Source: a virus
Taxonomy: Duplodnaviria; Caudoviricetes
Strand: one strand, 5' to 3'
Length of the DNA: 42,950 bases
IMG/VR virus record: IMGVR_UViG_3300045540_000070
Coordinates: 1 to 42,950 of that record
In this document: positions 8,496 through 16,638 of the stretch, piece by piece
Numbering within the stretch: position 1 is the first letter of the stretch
Layout of the letters: every line of letters begins with the position of its first letter
Made by a program: the position numbers and the translations under genes
The notes under the pieces: model-generated
Told to the model about the DNA's origin: nothing
The model's database searches: none
What the model saw: only the letters and a program-made list of their open reading frames with translations

Positions 8496-8738
8496 CTATT
8501 CCATCCAAACGTATTTACTTGGGTGATATTTTTTTGGTCTTTTAAGAGTTTGTTTTTTATCGCAAACTGCACATCTTCTACTAAATCCTTCTTCAAGCAA
8601 TACTTTACATCTGTTATCTTTAAATATCGACCATTTATAAATTTCCCAATCGTGAAAAGAAAAACGGCACATAACAGCGGTTATAAGCAATTGCCACTTA
8701 TGTATTAATTTTGAAAATAGTCTTGTACTTGTATTCAT
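8496..8738 (-). CDS. cassette 9 small Cys/His protein
   Basis: CRFSFHDW...RRCAVCDK; starts inside site 9. Confidence 0.6.
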   Translation of the reverse strand: MNTSTRLFSKLIHKWQLLITAVMCRFSFHDWEIYKWSIFKDNRCKVLLEEGFSRRCAVCDKKQTLKRPKKYHPSKYVWME

Positions 8739-8802
8739 TGTTTATAAATTGAAAGTTAAGGCAGTTTTATTGGCAACTGCTTATAGCCACATAACGTTAT
8801 CA
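8669..8802 (+). repeat. attC-like site 9 (134 bp)
   Basis: ACATAAC...GTTATCA; arms ggttataagcaattgcca/tggcaactgcttatagcc. Confidence 0.85.
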
Positions 8803-9111
8803 CTCAGCTTGGTCGGAATCCGTAAAAGAAATAATATCTATAATTTGAATAATAAATAAGGTAATGCACATAACTAAATATAACCAATGTCTATATCCCC
8901 AATGCCAAGTTGGGTCGTGAAATCCACATTCAGCGTAATTACAATGTTTATAAATAGTATTGTAAATACTATCATTTGGAGTTCCACTTCCTAAACATTT
9001 CCAATCTCCTAAAAAGGAGTGTAAATAATCGCCAACAAATGTTGAAAATATTGCGATTGTGAAAAGTAAAATAACTTTTAAAGAAATTTTTTGTGATTTG
9101 TTAAATTTCAT
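8800..9111 (-). CDS. cassette 10 two-TM membrane protein
   Basis: Two hydrophobic helices flanking a Cys/His loop (HDPTWHWGYRHW). Confidence 0.65.
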   Translation of the reverse strand: MKFNKSQKISLKVILLFTIAIFSTFVGDYLHSFLGDWKCLGSGTPNDSIYNTIYKHCNYAECGFHDPTWHWGYRHWLYLVMCITLFIIQIIDIISFTDSDQAE

Positions 9112-9156
9112 TTTGATTTAGTTTATAATTAATAATTGTGTTTAAAAAAGCCGATA

Positions 9157-9290
9157 ATATAACAATAGCTATAAGTAATTAAGGCAACAGTCTTTGATTT
9201 AAAGATTTGTTCTCTGTCCTTTTTATATCAATTTTCAATTTAGAAAATCGGTATTTCATTCCTTAACTACTCATAGCAATACCGTTATTT
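9157..9290 (+). repeat. attC-like site 10 (134 bp)
   Basis: ATATAAC...GTTATTT; arms gctataagtaattaagg/ccttaactactcatagc. Confidence 0.85.
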
Positions 9291-9383
9291 CAACTTATCC
9301 TTCCACTCTTGGTAAATCCAAGTGTTTACCCATATAAATAGTACGAAGAAACATCCTACTAAAAATGCTGCTATATTTTCCAT
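9285..9383 (-). CDS. small membrane peptide (32 aa) whose stop codon is the array's right junction
   Basis: Translated by hand: MENIAAFLVGCFFVLFIWVNTWIYQEWKDKLK; coupled to 9383..9589. Confidence 0.5.
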   Translation of the reverse strand: MENIAAFLVGCFFVLFIWVNTWIYQEWKDKLK

Positions 9384-9589
9384 TAGTCTTTTAGGTATTT
9401 AATTACCGTTTCTTCAAAGTCATTCCATTGACATTCAAGTAACTCACTTGCATCAATTCCATTTAGTGTTGGGTCGTATATTTCAAATTCTTCATATTCT
9501 GCTGGGTCTTCGTGAGTTGCTGGTCTCCCTGATGAGTAACTAAACCTATATTCAAATTCATGTCCTAAGTAATTTATTGTGTGTTTCAT
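9383..9589 (-). CDS. small acidic phage protein
   Basis: 68-aa ORF. Confidence 0.6.
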   Translation of the reverse strand: MKHTINYLGHEFEYRFSYSSGRPATHEDPAEYEEFEIYDPTLNGIDASELLECQWNDFEETVIKYLKD

Positions 9590-9601
9590 AATGTGTTGTT
9601 G

Positions 9602-9628
9602 AAAAAGCCTCCTTGTTACGGGAGGCTT
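9602..9628 (-). terminator. intrinsic terminator after the SSB gene
   Basis: aagcctcc/ggaggctt stem followed by a U-run on the minus strand. Confidence 0.65.
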
Positions 9629-9636
9629 GGTTGGTT

Positions 9637-9960
9637 TTAGAAAGGAAGTGAATCTTCCTGTACTTGTTGTTGTAACGGCTGTGCTCCTTCAGATAGTTTT
9701 TTAATTTTCCATCCTTTAATTGAATTGAAATACTTGTCAATCCCCTCAGCATTTGTCCATTTACGACCTCCGATATTGATTGAAACTTCTACAACGTCAC
9801 CAACTTTGTATGGATCGATTAGGTCTGATTTGTCTCCACCAAACTCAATTAAGATACTTTGTGGATATTTTTCATCCGTGGTTATTACTAATTCACTTTT
9901 TTTGAATTTTTCGTTCCCAACATTTAAACTAATTACTTCAATTTTTCCTTCTAATGTCAT
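9637..9960 (-). CDS. DUF3127-family putative ssDNA-binding protein
   Basis: KYPQSILIEF...VEVSINIGGRKW...YFNSIKGW, SSB-like EDSLPF tail. Confidence 0.8.
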   Translation of the reverse strand: MTLEGKIEVISLNVGNEKFKKSELVITTDEKYPQSILIEFGGDKSDLIDPYKVGDVVEVSINIGGRKWTNAEGIDKYFNSIKGWKIKKLSEGAQPLQQQVQEDSLPF

Positions 9961-10018
9961 TTTATTTGATTTTAAATTTTAACCTACCTTTTTAGTCTGT
10001 TGTCGGCTCTTCAGTTTG

Positions 10019-10026
10019 CAAATATA
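10019..10026 (-). promoter_or_regulatory. Bacteroidetes -7 promoter box
   Basis: TATATTTG upstream of the SSB gene. Confidence 0.55.
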
Positions 10027-10029
10027 TAA

Positions 10030-10752
10030 TTATAATTCTTGTTCCGCAATAAAATTGTTGATATCTTCTGTGGCTTTGTCGCTAAAGAATTTATTGTAAA
10101 CATCAACTGCTTGTAAGACCTTAGTTCGTCCACTTAAAATAAAGTCGTCTGAAGGCGTGAAGATTCCAAGTCGATGACTTTTCTTACAAATTACATAGAA
10201 AATTAATGGCTTATTGAATAGTTGTTGGTAGATATATGCTTGTGAATCATAGTTGTATTTTCTAGCGCTCCAACGAAAGTCGTCAATTTCCGAGGTTGTT
10301 TTAATGTCGATCAAAAAGTCTTTACAAATTATATCGCACTTGCCTTTGAATGGTAATCCAAATAATTCCATTGTTGCAGGCTCTTCGTAAATATTACCGT
10401 CTGCGTAAATATCTTCATAGAATTTAAAGTTTCCTTTTATAATCGAAACCAACTTTTCTAACTCGTCTTTCTCATTTTTAAGCAATAACAATTTACCTTG
10501 CGAAGCATCCTTATAAATGTTTGTGTTTCTGGTTGATGCTTCAACTATTTCAAAGTTACCAATCTTTTCTGGCTCTAAAATAGCCGTGTGTAGATACGAA
10601 CCTTGTAGCATTGGTAAAGTTGGTTCGGTTCGTACTTTAAATAGCTTAGGATTGCTTAAAAGCGTTCCTATGTCGCTGTTACTAATATACTTTGAGCCGA
10701 ACTCTCCGTAGTAGTTCTCGTCCGACCTTAATTTTTCTATTATTTCTTTCAT
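10030..10752 (-). CDS. PD-(D/E)xK exonuclease (RecE/Exo VIII-like, DUF3799-like)
   Basis: GSYLHTAILEP, FKGKCD..LIDIKTT, YDSQAYIY motifs. Confidence 0.8.
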   Translation of the reverse strand: MKEIIEKLRSDENYYGEFGSKYISNSDIGTLLSNPKLFKVRTEPTLPMLQGSYLHTAILEPEKIGNFEIVEASTRNTNIYKDASQGKLLLLKNEKDELEKLVSIIKGNFKFYEDIYADGNIYEEPATMELFGLPFKGKCDIICKDFLIDIKTTSEIDDFRWSARKYNYDSQAYIYQQLFNKPLIFYVICKKSHRLGIFTPSDDFILSGRTKVLQAVDVYNKFFSDKATEDINNFIAEQEL

Positions 10753-10753
10753 A

Positions 10754-11269
10754 TTATCCTAATATTTTACCAAGTTCTTTTTTAACGTCTGTTGATATCG
10801 TGTATCGCGTTTGCAGGTTCTTAACAATTGGCGCAAGTCCTAAATGCTTGTTGGCTTTTATGTAATCTAAGACTTTAGACCAGTTAGCGTCGTCAATTTT
10901 AAGTTCTACAAGTGTAGGGGCTTGTTGTTGTGTTCCTAGTACTCTTAGTATTGAAAGTCCTAGTTCGTTTCCGATTCTACCTTTGTTAGCTATTACTCCA
11001 ATCTCAACTTTAATACCTTTCCAGTTGTCGGTATTGTTTGAATTTGTGGCTTTGTGTAGCATTTTGCAGTTCGAAGCATTAAGTATCATTTTCTTAACTT
11101 CTTCTCCGTTTGCAAACTTTTTCTCAACGAATGTTGCTAATACTTTTTGCTCTGATTTTTGCAGTTGTACTACTTTTTGTTCTACTGATTCTATTGTTAG
11201 AATTGTAGGTTGGTCAATATCCCAACTTGCCATAAATGGCGATGTAAATGAATTTCTCCAGTTTCCCAT
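10754..11269 (-). CDS. putative ssDNA-binding/annealing partner of the exonuclease
   Basis: Position directly upstream of the exonuclease; function inferred from context. Confidence 0.45.
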   Translation of the reverse strand: MGNWRNSFTSPFMASWDIDQPTILTIESVEQKVVQLQKSEQKVLATFVEKKFANGEEVKKMILNASNCKMLHKATNSNNTDNWKGIKVEIGVIANKGRIGNELGLSILRVLGTQQQAPTLVELKIDDANWSKVLDYIKANKHLGLAPIVKNLQTRYTISTDVKKELGKILG

Positions 11270-11517
11270 TATTTAATTGATTTAATTATTGTTCTTACTT
11301 CTTCAATTCTTTTTAAACAATCCTTAATGTCTTCTGACTTTTCTATACTTAAATCTAAGTATTTATTAAGCGCTTGTTGTAGATTAAGGAAAAACCATTG
11401 ATCTTTATGAACGAAATCTATCGTAACTCCGTTTTTCTCACGTTGTCTTGGTTCTGTAAAGTTTAGGATTGTTCCTGTTCCGTCTGTTGATACGCTGTAT
11501 TTTTCGTCTAGTTTCAT
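11269..11517 (-). CDS. hypothetical protein
   Basis: Coupled ORF. Confidence 0.6.
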   Translation of the reverse strand: MKLDEKYSVSTDGTGTILNFTEPRQREKNGVTIDFVHKDQWFFLNLQQALNKYLDLSIEKSEDIKDCLKRIEEVRTIIKSIK

Positions 11518-11897
11518 CTTAATTTGTTTATTTGTTTATCAATTTCTAACTTTTGTTTTTCAAGCGCTTCAATTTCTGCGGTGTTGTTTGGTTTTAGTCG
11601 GTATTCTCCAACAGTATTGTACCATTTATCACCCGCCATAAATTGTAATTCTCCAGCTTTAAAAATCTTTTTAGTTTCAATTCCACAAGCTTCAAGGAAT
11701 ATTTGTTCGTTCCAAGTTTCGTTAAATTCGTCTGCCCAAGCACTAGCGCATCCATAATCTAAATTTGTAATAGTTGAATCTTTGTGACAATTTATTAAAT
11801 AATTAGCTTTATCAAAATTTGTTATCAAATGGTAATTTGTTAACTTGTCTTTAATCGAATCCCATTGTTCTTGATTGCATTTCATTGCTATTTTCAT
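11514..11897 (-). CDS. hypothetical protein
   Basis: Coupled ORF. Confidence 0.6.
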   Translation of the reverse strand: MKIAMKCNQEQWDSIKDKLTNYHLITNFDKANYLINCHKDSTITNLDYGCASAWADEFNETWNEQIFLEACGIETKKIFKAGELQFMAGDKWYNTVGEYRLKPNNTAEIEALEKQKLEIDKQINKLR

Positions 11898-12277
11898 ACT
11901 GCTGTTTTTAAGTTTATAATTTCGGTTACTTTATTCATTATTGTTGTTCTCCATTCCTTTAGTGAGTCGTAGTGTTTCACGTTCTTTCTGGACTGCATTT
12001 CGTTGCGTATCTTGATAGATAATGTATCTAAGGTACGTTTGTAGTTTTCCATGCAAATCTCGTAAACTCCATTCCTAAAACCATTTTCAGTAAATACCTT
12101 ATACTGCTCTGGCGTTACCTCTCTATAAAAGTCACCGCCTTTTGCAAGATTGTAAATTTTGATGTTGTTGTCCTTGTTTTGGATCTTAACTCCTCGGTAA
12201 ATTACAGAAACTGAGTCAGGCGTTACTATCTTTACTCCCATCCTATCGTTGTAGGCTTGTTCGAATACTTGTATCAT
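11894..12277 (-). CDS. hypothetical protein
   Basis: Coupled ORF. Confidence 0.6.
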   Translation of the reverse strand: MIQVFEQAYNDRMGVKIVTPDSVSVIYRGVKIQNKDNNIKIYNLAKGGDFYREVTPEQYKVFTENGFRNGVYEICMENYKRTLDTLSIKIRNEMQSRKNVKHYDSLKEWRTTIMNKVTEIINLKTAV

Positions 12278-12278
12278 C

Positions 12279-12635
12279 TTATTTCTTTTTAAATTGTTTA
12301 AACCAATCAGGTATTCCTATATCATCAAGTAAAATTCTATGTTGTAAACTTTTTAATAATAATTGTTTTACTTCTTCCTCACTATAACTTCTTTCTTTAG
12401 GAAATCTAAGCCCAATAATAGCTCCAGTTCTAAAACCTAAATCAAATTCTGTGCTTCTGGTATTACCTCCGTTAAAATTTTCTAATTCTCTATTGCAAAA
12501 TTCTTCAAGTGTTTCTTGTTTAGGTTTACATCTCTCACAATATAAATCTTCTGTTAGTCCTGTAGTTATTATTATACTACACGTATGACACAATGTAGCA
12601 CCTCTACCATTATTTAGTTTATGTATTGGTTTCAT
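12279..12635 (-). CDS. Zn-ribbon plus ETLEE/ERSYSEEE-module protein
   Basis: CHTC...CERC N-terminus; C-terminal blocks shared with 13245..13502. Confidence 0.65.
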   Translation of the reverse strand: MKPIHKLNNGRGATLCHTCSIIITTGLTEDLYCERCKPKQETLEEFCNRELENFNGGNTRSTEFDLGFRTGAIIGLRFPKERSYSEEEVKQLLLKSLQHRILLDDIGIPDWFKQFKKK

Positions 12636-12638
12636 AAT

Positions 12639-13013
12639 CTATTTATGAAATTCAATTAAATATCCATCAGCTATAATAAGTCTAAGACATTTATCATCAT
12701 CAAACAATTGTAATGTTATTTCTGCTCCTTTTTCATCAATGCAATCAATGATTTGATAACCATCTCCATTTAATGTTTTACCATCTTTACTACCTGTGAT
12801 TTGATGTAATCTCTTAATTCTACCATCTGTGTAGTATAATACAATATCTTTTACATTATCAGCATTAAACACTACAGTGACTTCTGTTGTTACCCAAGGT
12901 TGCAATACACCTTTTGATTTAGTAATATAAGAAGTGTATTTCTTAACAAACGCATCTTGTGCAAATGTTGACATGCTCAATAGTAGTAGAGCTCCTAATA
13001 ATATTCTTTTCAT
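12639..13013 (-). CDS. secreted/periplasmic protein
   Basis: Signal peptide MKRILLGALLLLSMSTFA-Q. Confidence 0.65.
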   Translation of the reverse strand: MKRILLGALLLLSMSTFAQDAFVKKYTSYITKSKGVLQPWVTTEVTVVFNADNVKDIVLYYTDGRIKRLHQITGSKDGKTLNGDGYQIIDCIDEKGAEITLQLFDDDKCLRLIIADGYLIEFHK

Positions 13014-13243
13014 AATTTGTTTTTAAATGTTTCGTTGTAGTATTGTTCTGCTGATATTTCTTTAGTTAAAGAAAGTGGATGAGATATATCCATTCCGTTT
13101 GTTTTTCCTTCACTATAACCATCAGTAACCTGTTCTTTTTCCATTTCTTTAGCTTGTTCAATAATGTTTTGAGGTATAACTCCTTCTTTTATTTGGTAAT
13201 TTAAAATACCCTCTACTAACCATTCTACTGCTGTTTGTTTCAT
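13010..13243 (-). CDS. MKQTAVEWL-family small protein
   Basis: Start inferred from the paralog 1152..1370. Confidence 0.7.
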   Translation of the reverse strand: MKQTAVEWLVEGILNYQIKEGVIPQNIIEQAKEMEKEQVTDGYSEGKTNGMDISHPLSLTKEISAEQYYNETFKNKL

Positions 13244-13244
13244 C

Positions 13245-13502
13245 TTATTTCTTTTTAAATTGTTTAAACCATCTTTCACAATGTTCATTTTTTGAATCTA
13301 ACTCTTGTACAGGACTACCATAACCAATGTTAAACCCTATCTTAAAAGCACTTTTTAATTCTTCCTCACTATAACTTCTTTCTTGTTGCCATTTAGCACC
13401 TTCAATAAACCTATTCCTTCCCCATTCATTCCAATCTCTTCCATTCTCTATCCTAATTGGATATAATCTTTCAGCGACTTCTTCAAGTGTTTCTTCTTTC
13501 AT
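13245..13502 (-). CDS. ETLEE/ERSYSEEE-module small protein
   Basis: Likely start MKEETLEE; paralog of the C-terminus of 12279..12635. Confidence 0.65.
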   Translation of the reverse strand: MKEETLEEVAERLYPIRIENGRDWNEWGRNRFIEGAKWQQERSYSEEELKSAFKIGFNIGYGSPVQELDSKNEHCERWFKQFKKK

Positions 13503-13762
13503 AGCGTCATTATTAAATTTTCGTTGTTGTCCTGTTCTACTTCGTATTTTCCCGCTTGTCCGTCTATTATAGCAAGTGAGAATGTCCATTTATTACCGTT
13601 CTTTGCTGCTCTTCGTATTTTTACGCGCGTGTCTATTGTTGGGCGTTTAAATATTACTTTATCCCACTTCACAATAGCAATAAACTCCTCTTTAAAGAAA
13701 TTGTTGTCCGTGTAAAAATCAAATTGATTTGGTCGGTTCTTGGTGTTGTATGCTGTTATCAT
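13499..13762 (-). CDS. hypothetical protein
   Basis: Coupled ORF. Confidence 0.55.
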   Translation of the reverse strand: MITAYNTKNRPNQFDFYTDNNFFKEEFIAIVKWDKVIFKRPTIDTRVKIRRAAKNGNKWTFSLAIIDGQAGKYEVEQDNNENLIMTL

Positions 13763-14001
13763 CTGAATAGGTTTTTAATTTGACTTCCATTCATTGCTAG
13801 TAGTTTTGTTAAAGCGCTGTCGGTACTGTCATTTGATTCTAATATATTAAATAGAATATTAATTTTGTGATGTGTTAATCTCTTTCCGTTTGCGTATTGT
13901 TTAACACTTATTAATTTGTCTGCGAATTGTTGGTGTTGTTCTGGCGTTGTTAGTGGTTCTCCGTGTTGGGTTGTCCAACGTCCGTTTAAAATTTGTATCA
14001 T
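13759..14001 (-). CDS. hypothetical protein
   Basis: Coupled ORF. Confidence 0.55.
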   Translation of the reverse strand: MIQILNGRWTTQHGEPLTTPEQHQQFADKLISVKQYANGKRLTHHKINILFNILESNDSTDSALTKLLAMNGSQIKNLFR

Positions 14002-14213
14002 AGTTTTTCTATTTCTTGTTTAACTTCTTGCCAGTATTCGATTTCATCATCAAATTTATTAGGCAAACCATCTTTTTCTAATTCACTAAAAAAATAATTT
14101 ACATTTTCTAATATTTCATCAACTGCTATTAATGCACATTGTTTAGTAGTTAAAGTGTCTATTATTTTCCAATATTTATCGTACAACTCTCTTGCTTTTT
14201 CTTTTGGTGTCAT
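13998..14213 (-). CDS. small phage protein (MTPKEKA...CALIAVDEI...YWQEVKQEIEKL type)
   Basis: Coupled ORF. Confidence 0.65.
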   Translation of the reverse strand: MTPKEKARELYDKYWKIIDTLTTKQCALIAVDEILENVNYFFSELEKDGLPNKFDDEIEYWQEVKQEIEKL

Positions 14214-14428
14214 GATATTACTTTTATAAATTTTTGGTTGTTGTCTGTTAATGTTGTTAGTTCAAAAATCCTGTCGAGATGATCCAGTATTTTATTTAAG
14301 TCTCCCATGTTGAAAATCATTGCAAAGTTATTGATGTCTAGGTGTGGTTTGTTGTCGTTGTAGTAGTCATTGAACCAATTTAGGTCGTAACGATGACTGT
14401 TTCGCATTTGTATGTATTTATTTTTCAT
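14210..14428 (-). CDS. hypothetical protein
   Basis: Coupled ORF. Confidence 0.5.
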   Translation of the reverse strand: MKNKYIQMRNSHRYDLNWFNDYYNDNKPHLDINNFAMIFNMGDLNKILDHLDRIFELTTLTDNNQKFIKVIS

Positions 14429-14723
14429 CTCTTATACTATCTTTTATTTGTTCCATTATCCAGCTGTTTGTCATTACCTTATCGAGTATCTTGTACGCTT
14501 CAGTTTCGGTACATTCTCGTATCAATTGAACGTCCATAACGTTCCAAAGGTTGTCCGCATAGTAACCCGCATTTTTTAGCGTTGTAACGGCTTGTTTTCT
14601 ATTGTTGTTGTTAATCAATGCTTCCGCTACTTCCGTGAGCTTGTTAACCGTGTAGTTGTTGTCCGTTGTTTTTGCTATCTCAATGCAGTTTGATAGCGTT
14701 TCTAAAATTTGTTGATTTGTCAT
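14418..14723 (-). CDS. hypothetical protein
   Basis: 101-aa ORF. Confidence 0.55.
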   Translation of the reverse strand: MTNQQILETLSNCIEIAKTTDNNYTVNKLTEVAEALINNNNRKQAVTTLKNAGYYADNLWNVMDVQLIRECTETEAYKILDKVMTNSWIMEQIKDSIRDEK

Positions 14724-14918
14724 GTTATGAATAGATTATACAGTATATGTATACTGCGATTAAGCATAGTATTGTTGTTTATTCCATTTCCATATTTCTA
14801 AAAAACCAAAAGTCATTGTGTAAGGCGCTTTGTTTCTTTCTCGTGTATAATATGAACGGATATTTATTTTTTCGTGTGTTGTTAGTGTTTTTGCTCTTGT
14901 TGTCATGATAGTTGTGTG

Positions 14919-15197
14919 TTAAAATTCGTATCCTATTTCTGTAACCATAAATGTACTGTTGTCAAAACCTGGTTGTCGCATTAAAAGTACGTAAATATCA
15001 AAATCTCCGAAAGTTTCTTTGTTTTTGCTTTCAAACACGATATTATAATCTGTAAGGTAGTCGTCTTCGCTTGCAAATTCCGCTTTTATATCTTCTTTAA
15101 AGTATTGCGAAAGTTCGGTGTTAAGCGTATCAATATTGTAACGCTTGTGTACTAAATTTTCTAAAAATTTAATAACTTCTTTTTGTGTTGTTGTCAT
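14919..15197 (-). CDS. hypothetical protein
   Basis: 92-aa ORF. Confidence 0.55.
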   Translation of the reverse strand: MTTTQKEVIKFLENLVHKRYNIDTLNTELSQYFKEDIKAEFASEDDYLTDYNIVFESKNKETFGDFDIYVLLMRQPGFDNSTFMVTEIGYEF

Positions 15198-15276
15198 TGT
15201 CTTACTTTTTTGTTGTTACTTACCATTTGGTTAAACTTGGCTTGGGCTTGTTGTTCTGTTTTATGCATGCTGTTTT

Positions 15277-15915
15277 TTAAATTTTATTACCTTTCTTAAA
15301 ATTATCTATTGCCCATAATGGTTGAAAGTTTGTGTAGTGATTTAGTTTAATTAGGTGTTCTTCATCTGTTGCACGTGATACGGGGTAGATATGGTCTAAA
15401 TGCCACAGTCCTTGATTTTCCCATGTCATTCCTTCAGTGAACTGATTTTCTAAGTGGGTTTTAAACTCTTCAAACGAGCATCCAAGTATTTTATAAGTTT
15501 TAGATTTTTTAGTGTAGCTATTTCCTTTTATTGATATTCTTATTAAAGTTGATATATTACATCTTAATTTAAATAATGGATCAACTAACTTTCTATTTTT
15601 AAAGTAATAACTTATTTTATTTTTATTTTTAGATGTGTATTTTTTATTTTGTTCTTTTATATTTTCTTTGTTGTTTAAACGATATTGTTTTTTATTTAAT
15701 TTTATACATTCTTTGTTGTCTATGTAATATTTTTTAGATTTTTTTATTATATATTCTTTATTGTCTAAATAATATTTTTTATTATATTCTTTATTATTTA
15801 TTCTATATTCTTTTTCACATTCTTTACATTTTGATTGATAGCCATTTTTTTTAGATTTATTTTTATAAAAATAAATAAATTCCTTCTCAACTTTGCATTT
15901 TGTACAAACTTTCAT
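15277..15915 (-). CDS. HNH endonuclease-like protein with N-terminal Zn finger
   Basis: CTKC...CKEC, K/N/Y-rich helix, WHLDHIYP...NHYTNFQPLWAIDNFKKGNK; start taken at MKVCTKC. Confidence 0.85.
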   Translation of the reverse strand: MKVCTKCKVEKEFIYFYKNKSKKNGYQSKCKECEKEYRINNKEYNKKYYLDNKEYIIKKSKKYYIDNKECIKLNKKQYRLNNKENIKEQNKKYTSKNKNKISYYFKNRKLVDPLFKLRCNISTLIRISIKGNSYTKKSKTYKILGCSFEEFKTHLENQFTEGMTWENQGLWHLDHIYPVSRATDEEHLIKLNHYTNFQPLWAIDNFKKGNKI

Positions 15916-15930
15916 ATTATTAAATAACAA

Positions 15931-16031
15931 AATCCCATCAATTCAGCGGTAATGTGAGACACGCTTCCTTGACAGGATTGTTAAATATTTTCGGGTACAA
16001 TGTGTCTCACTTCATTGTGAGTACAAAGATA
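15931..16031 (-). promoter_or_regulatory. TATCTTTG promoter plus structured (pseudoknot) leader, copy 1
   Basis: Interleaved inverted repeats 16002-16010/15954-15962 and 15969-15979/15931-15941. Confidence 0.6.
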
Positions 16032-16039
16032 CAATAAAT

Positions 16040-16384
16040 TTATGATATTATTTTAAAAGTTTTTGTATAGTTTAAAAGTTCATTTTTTATTCTGTCACAA
16101 AATCTATCATCGTTTAAAATAGTTTTTTTAGCGTTGTCAATGTAGTTTTTAGCCTCGATAACCGATTTAAAAAATATATTGCTATTACTTCTTATCGGAA
16201 ACATTTTTTGAGGTGCTAAACGTTTAAAAAATCCTAAGTTGTCAACTTCAAAATTAAGCTCGTTTTTTTTCTTTTTTGTTTCGTGTATAAAATTTATTGG
16301 TAATTCATTTAAATAAAAACTATCTACTTTTTTACTTCCTTTTGTTATATAAAATGTTGTTTTCATTATTTCGTACGTTTTCAT
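16040..16384 (-). CDS. hypothetical early protein
   Basis: 114-aa ORF. Confidence 0.5.
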   Translation of the reverse strand: MKTYEIMKTTFYITKGSKKVDSFYLNELPINFIHETKKKKNELNFEVDNLGFFKRLAPQKMFPIRSNSNIFFKSVIEAKNYIDNAKKTILNDDRFCDRIKNELLNYTKTFKIIS

Positions 16385-16386
16385 GA

Positions 16387-16638
16387 TTATATCTGATTTA
16401 AAAGTTGTTGCTTTGTTTGTCTATCGAAGCCGTAAAACTCCAGAAAGTCATTTATATGGCTTATTGTTGTTTGGCTTTGTGCGTTGTAGATGCTAATTTC
16501 GTTTGTGGCGTGGTTGTAACTGGCGACTCGTGTCGTGTAGCTTATTAAGTCGCTGTAATGGTCGCCGTCGCTATTAGTGTACTCGTTAACGTGGTTGTTT
16601 TTTTTAGTATTGATATAAAATGTTTTCATTAGTTCCAA
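16387..16638 (-). CDS. hypothetical early protein
   Basis: LISYTTRVA...SQTTISHINDF. Confidence 0.6.
   Translation of the reverse strand: MELMKTFYINTKKNNHVNEYTNSDGDHYSDLISYTTRVASYNHATNEISIYNAQSQTTISHINDFLEFYGFDRQTKQQLLNQI

Larger units (their letters stand above)
4193..9290 (+). mobile_element. Integron-like array of 10 gene cassettes with attC-like sites; no integrase in the window
   Basis: Ten uniform hairpin sites. GTTA junctions at 4193, 4613, 5407, 5785, 6950, 7257, 7776, 8093, 8483, 8796 and 9284. The first ~15 nt of each cassette are the near reverse complement of the ~15 nt ending in AAC before its own hairpin. Confidence 0.85.

Noticed and set aside
4193-9290. CRISPR array or simple terminators as the explanation for the repeated hairpins
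   Set aside because: The repeats differ in sequence, are ~130 bp long and are separated by whole genes. The loops are large, there are no U-tails, and ORFs read through the arms.
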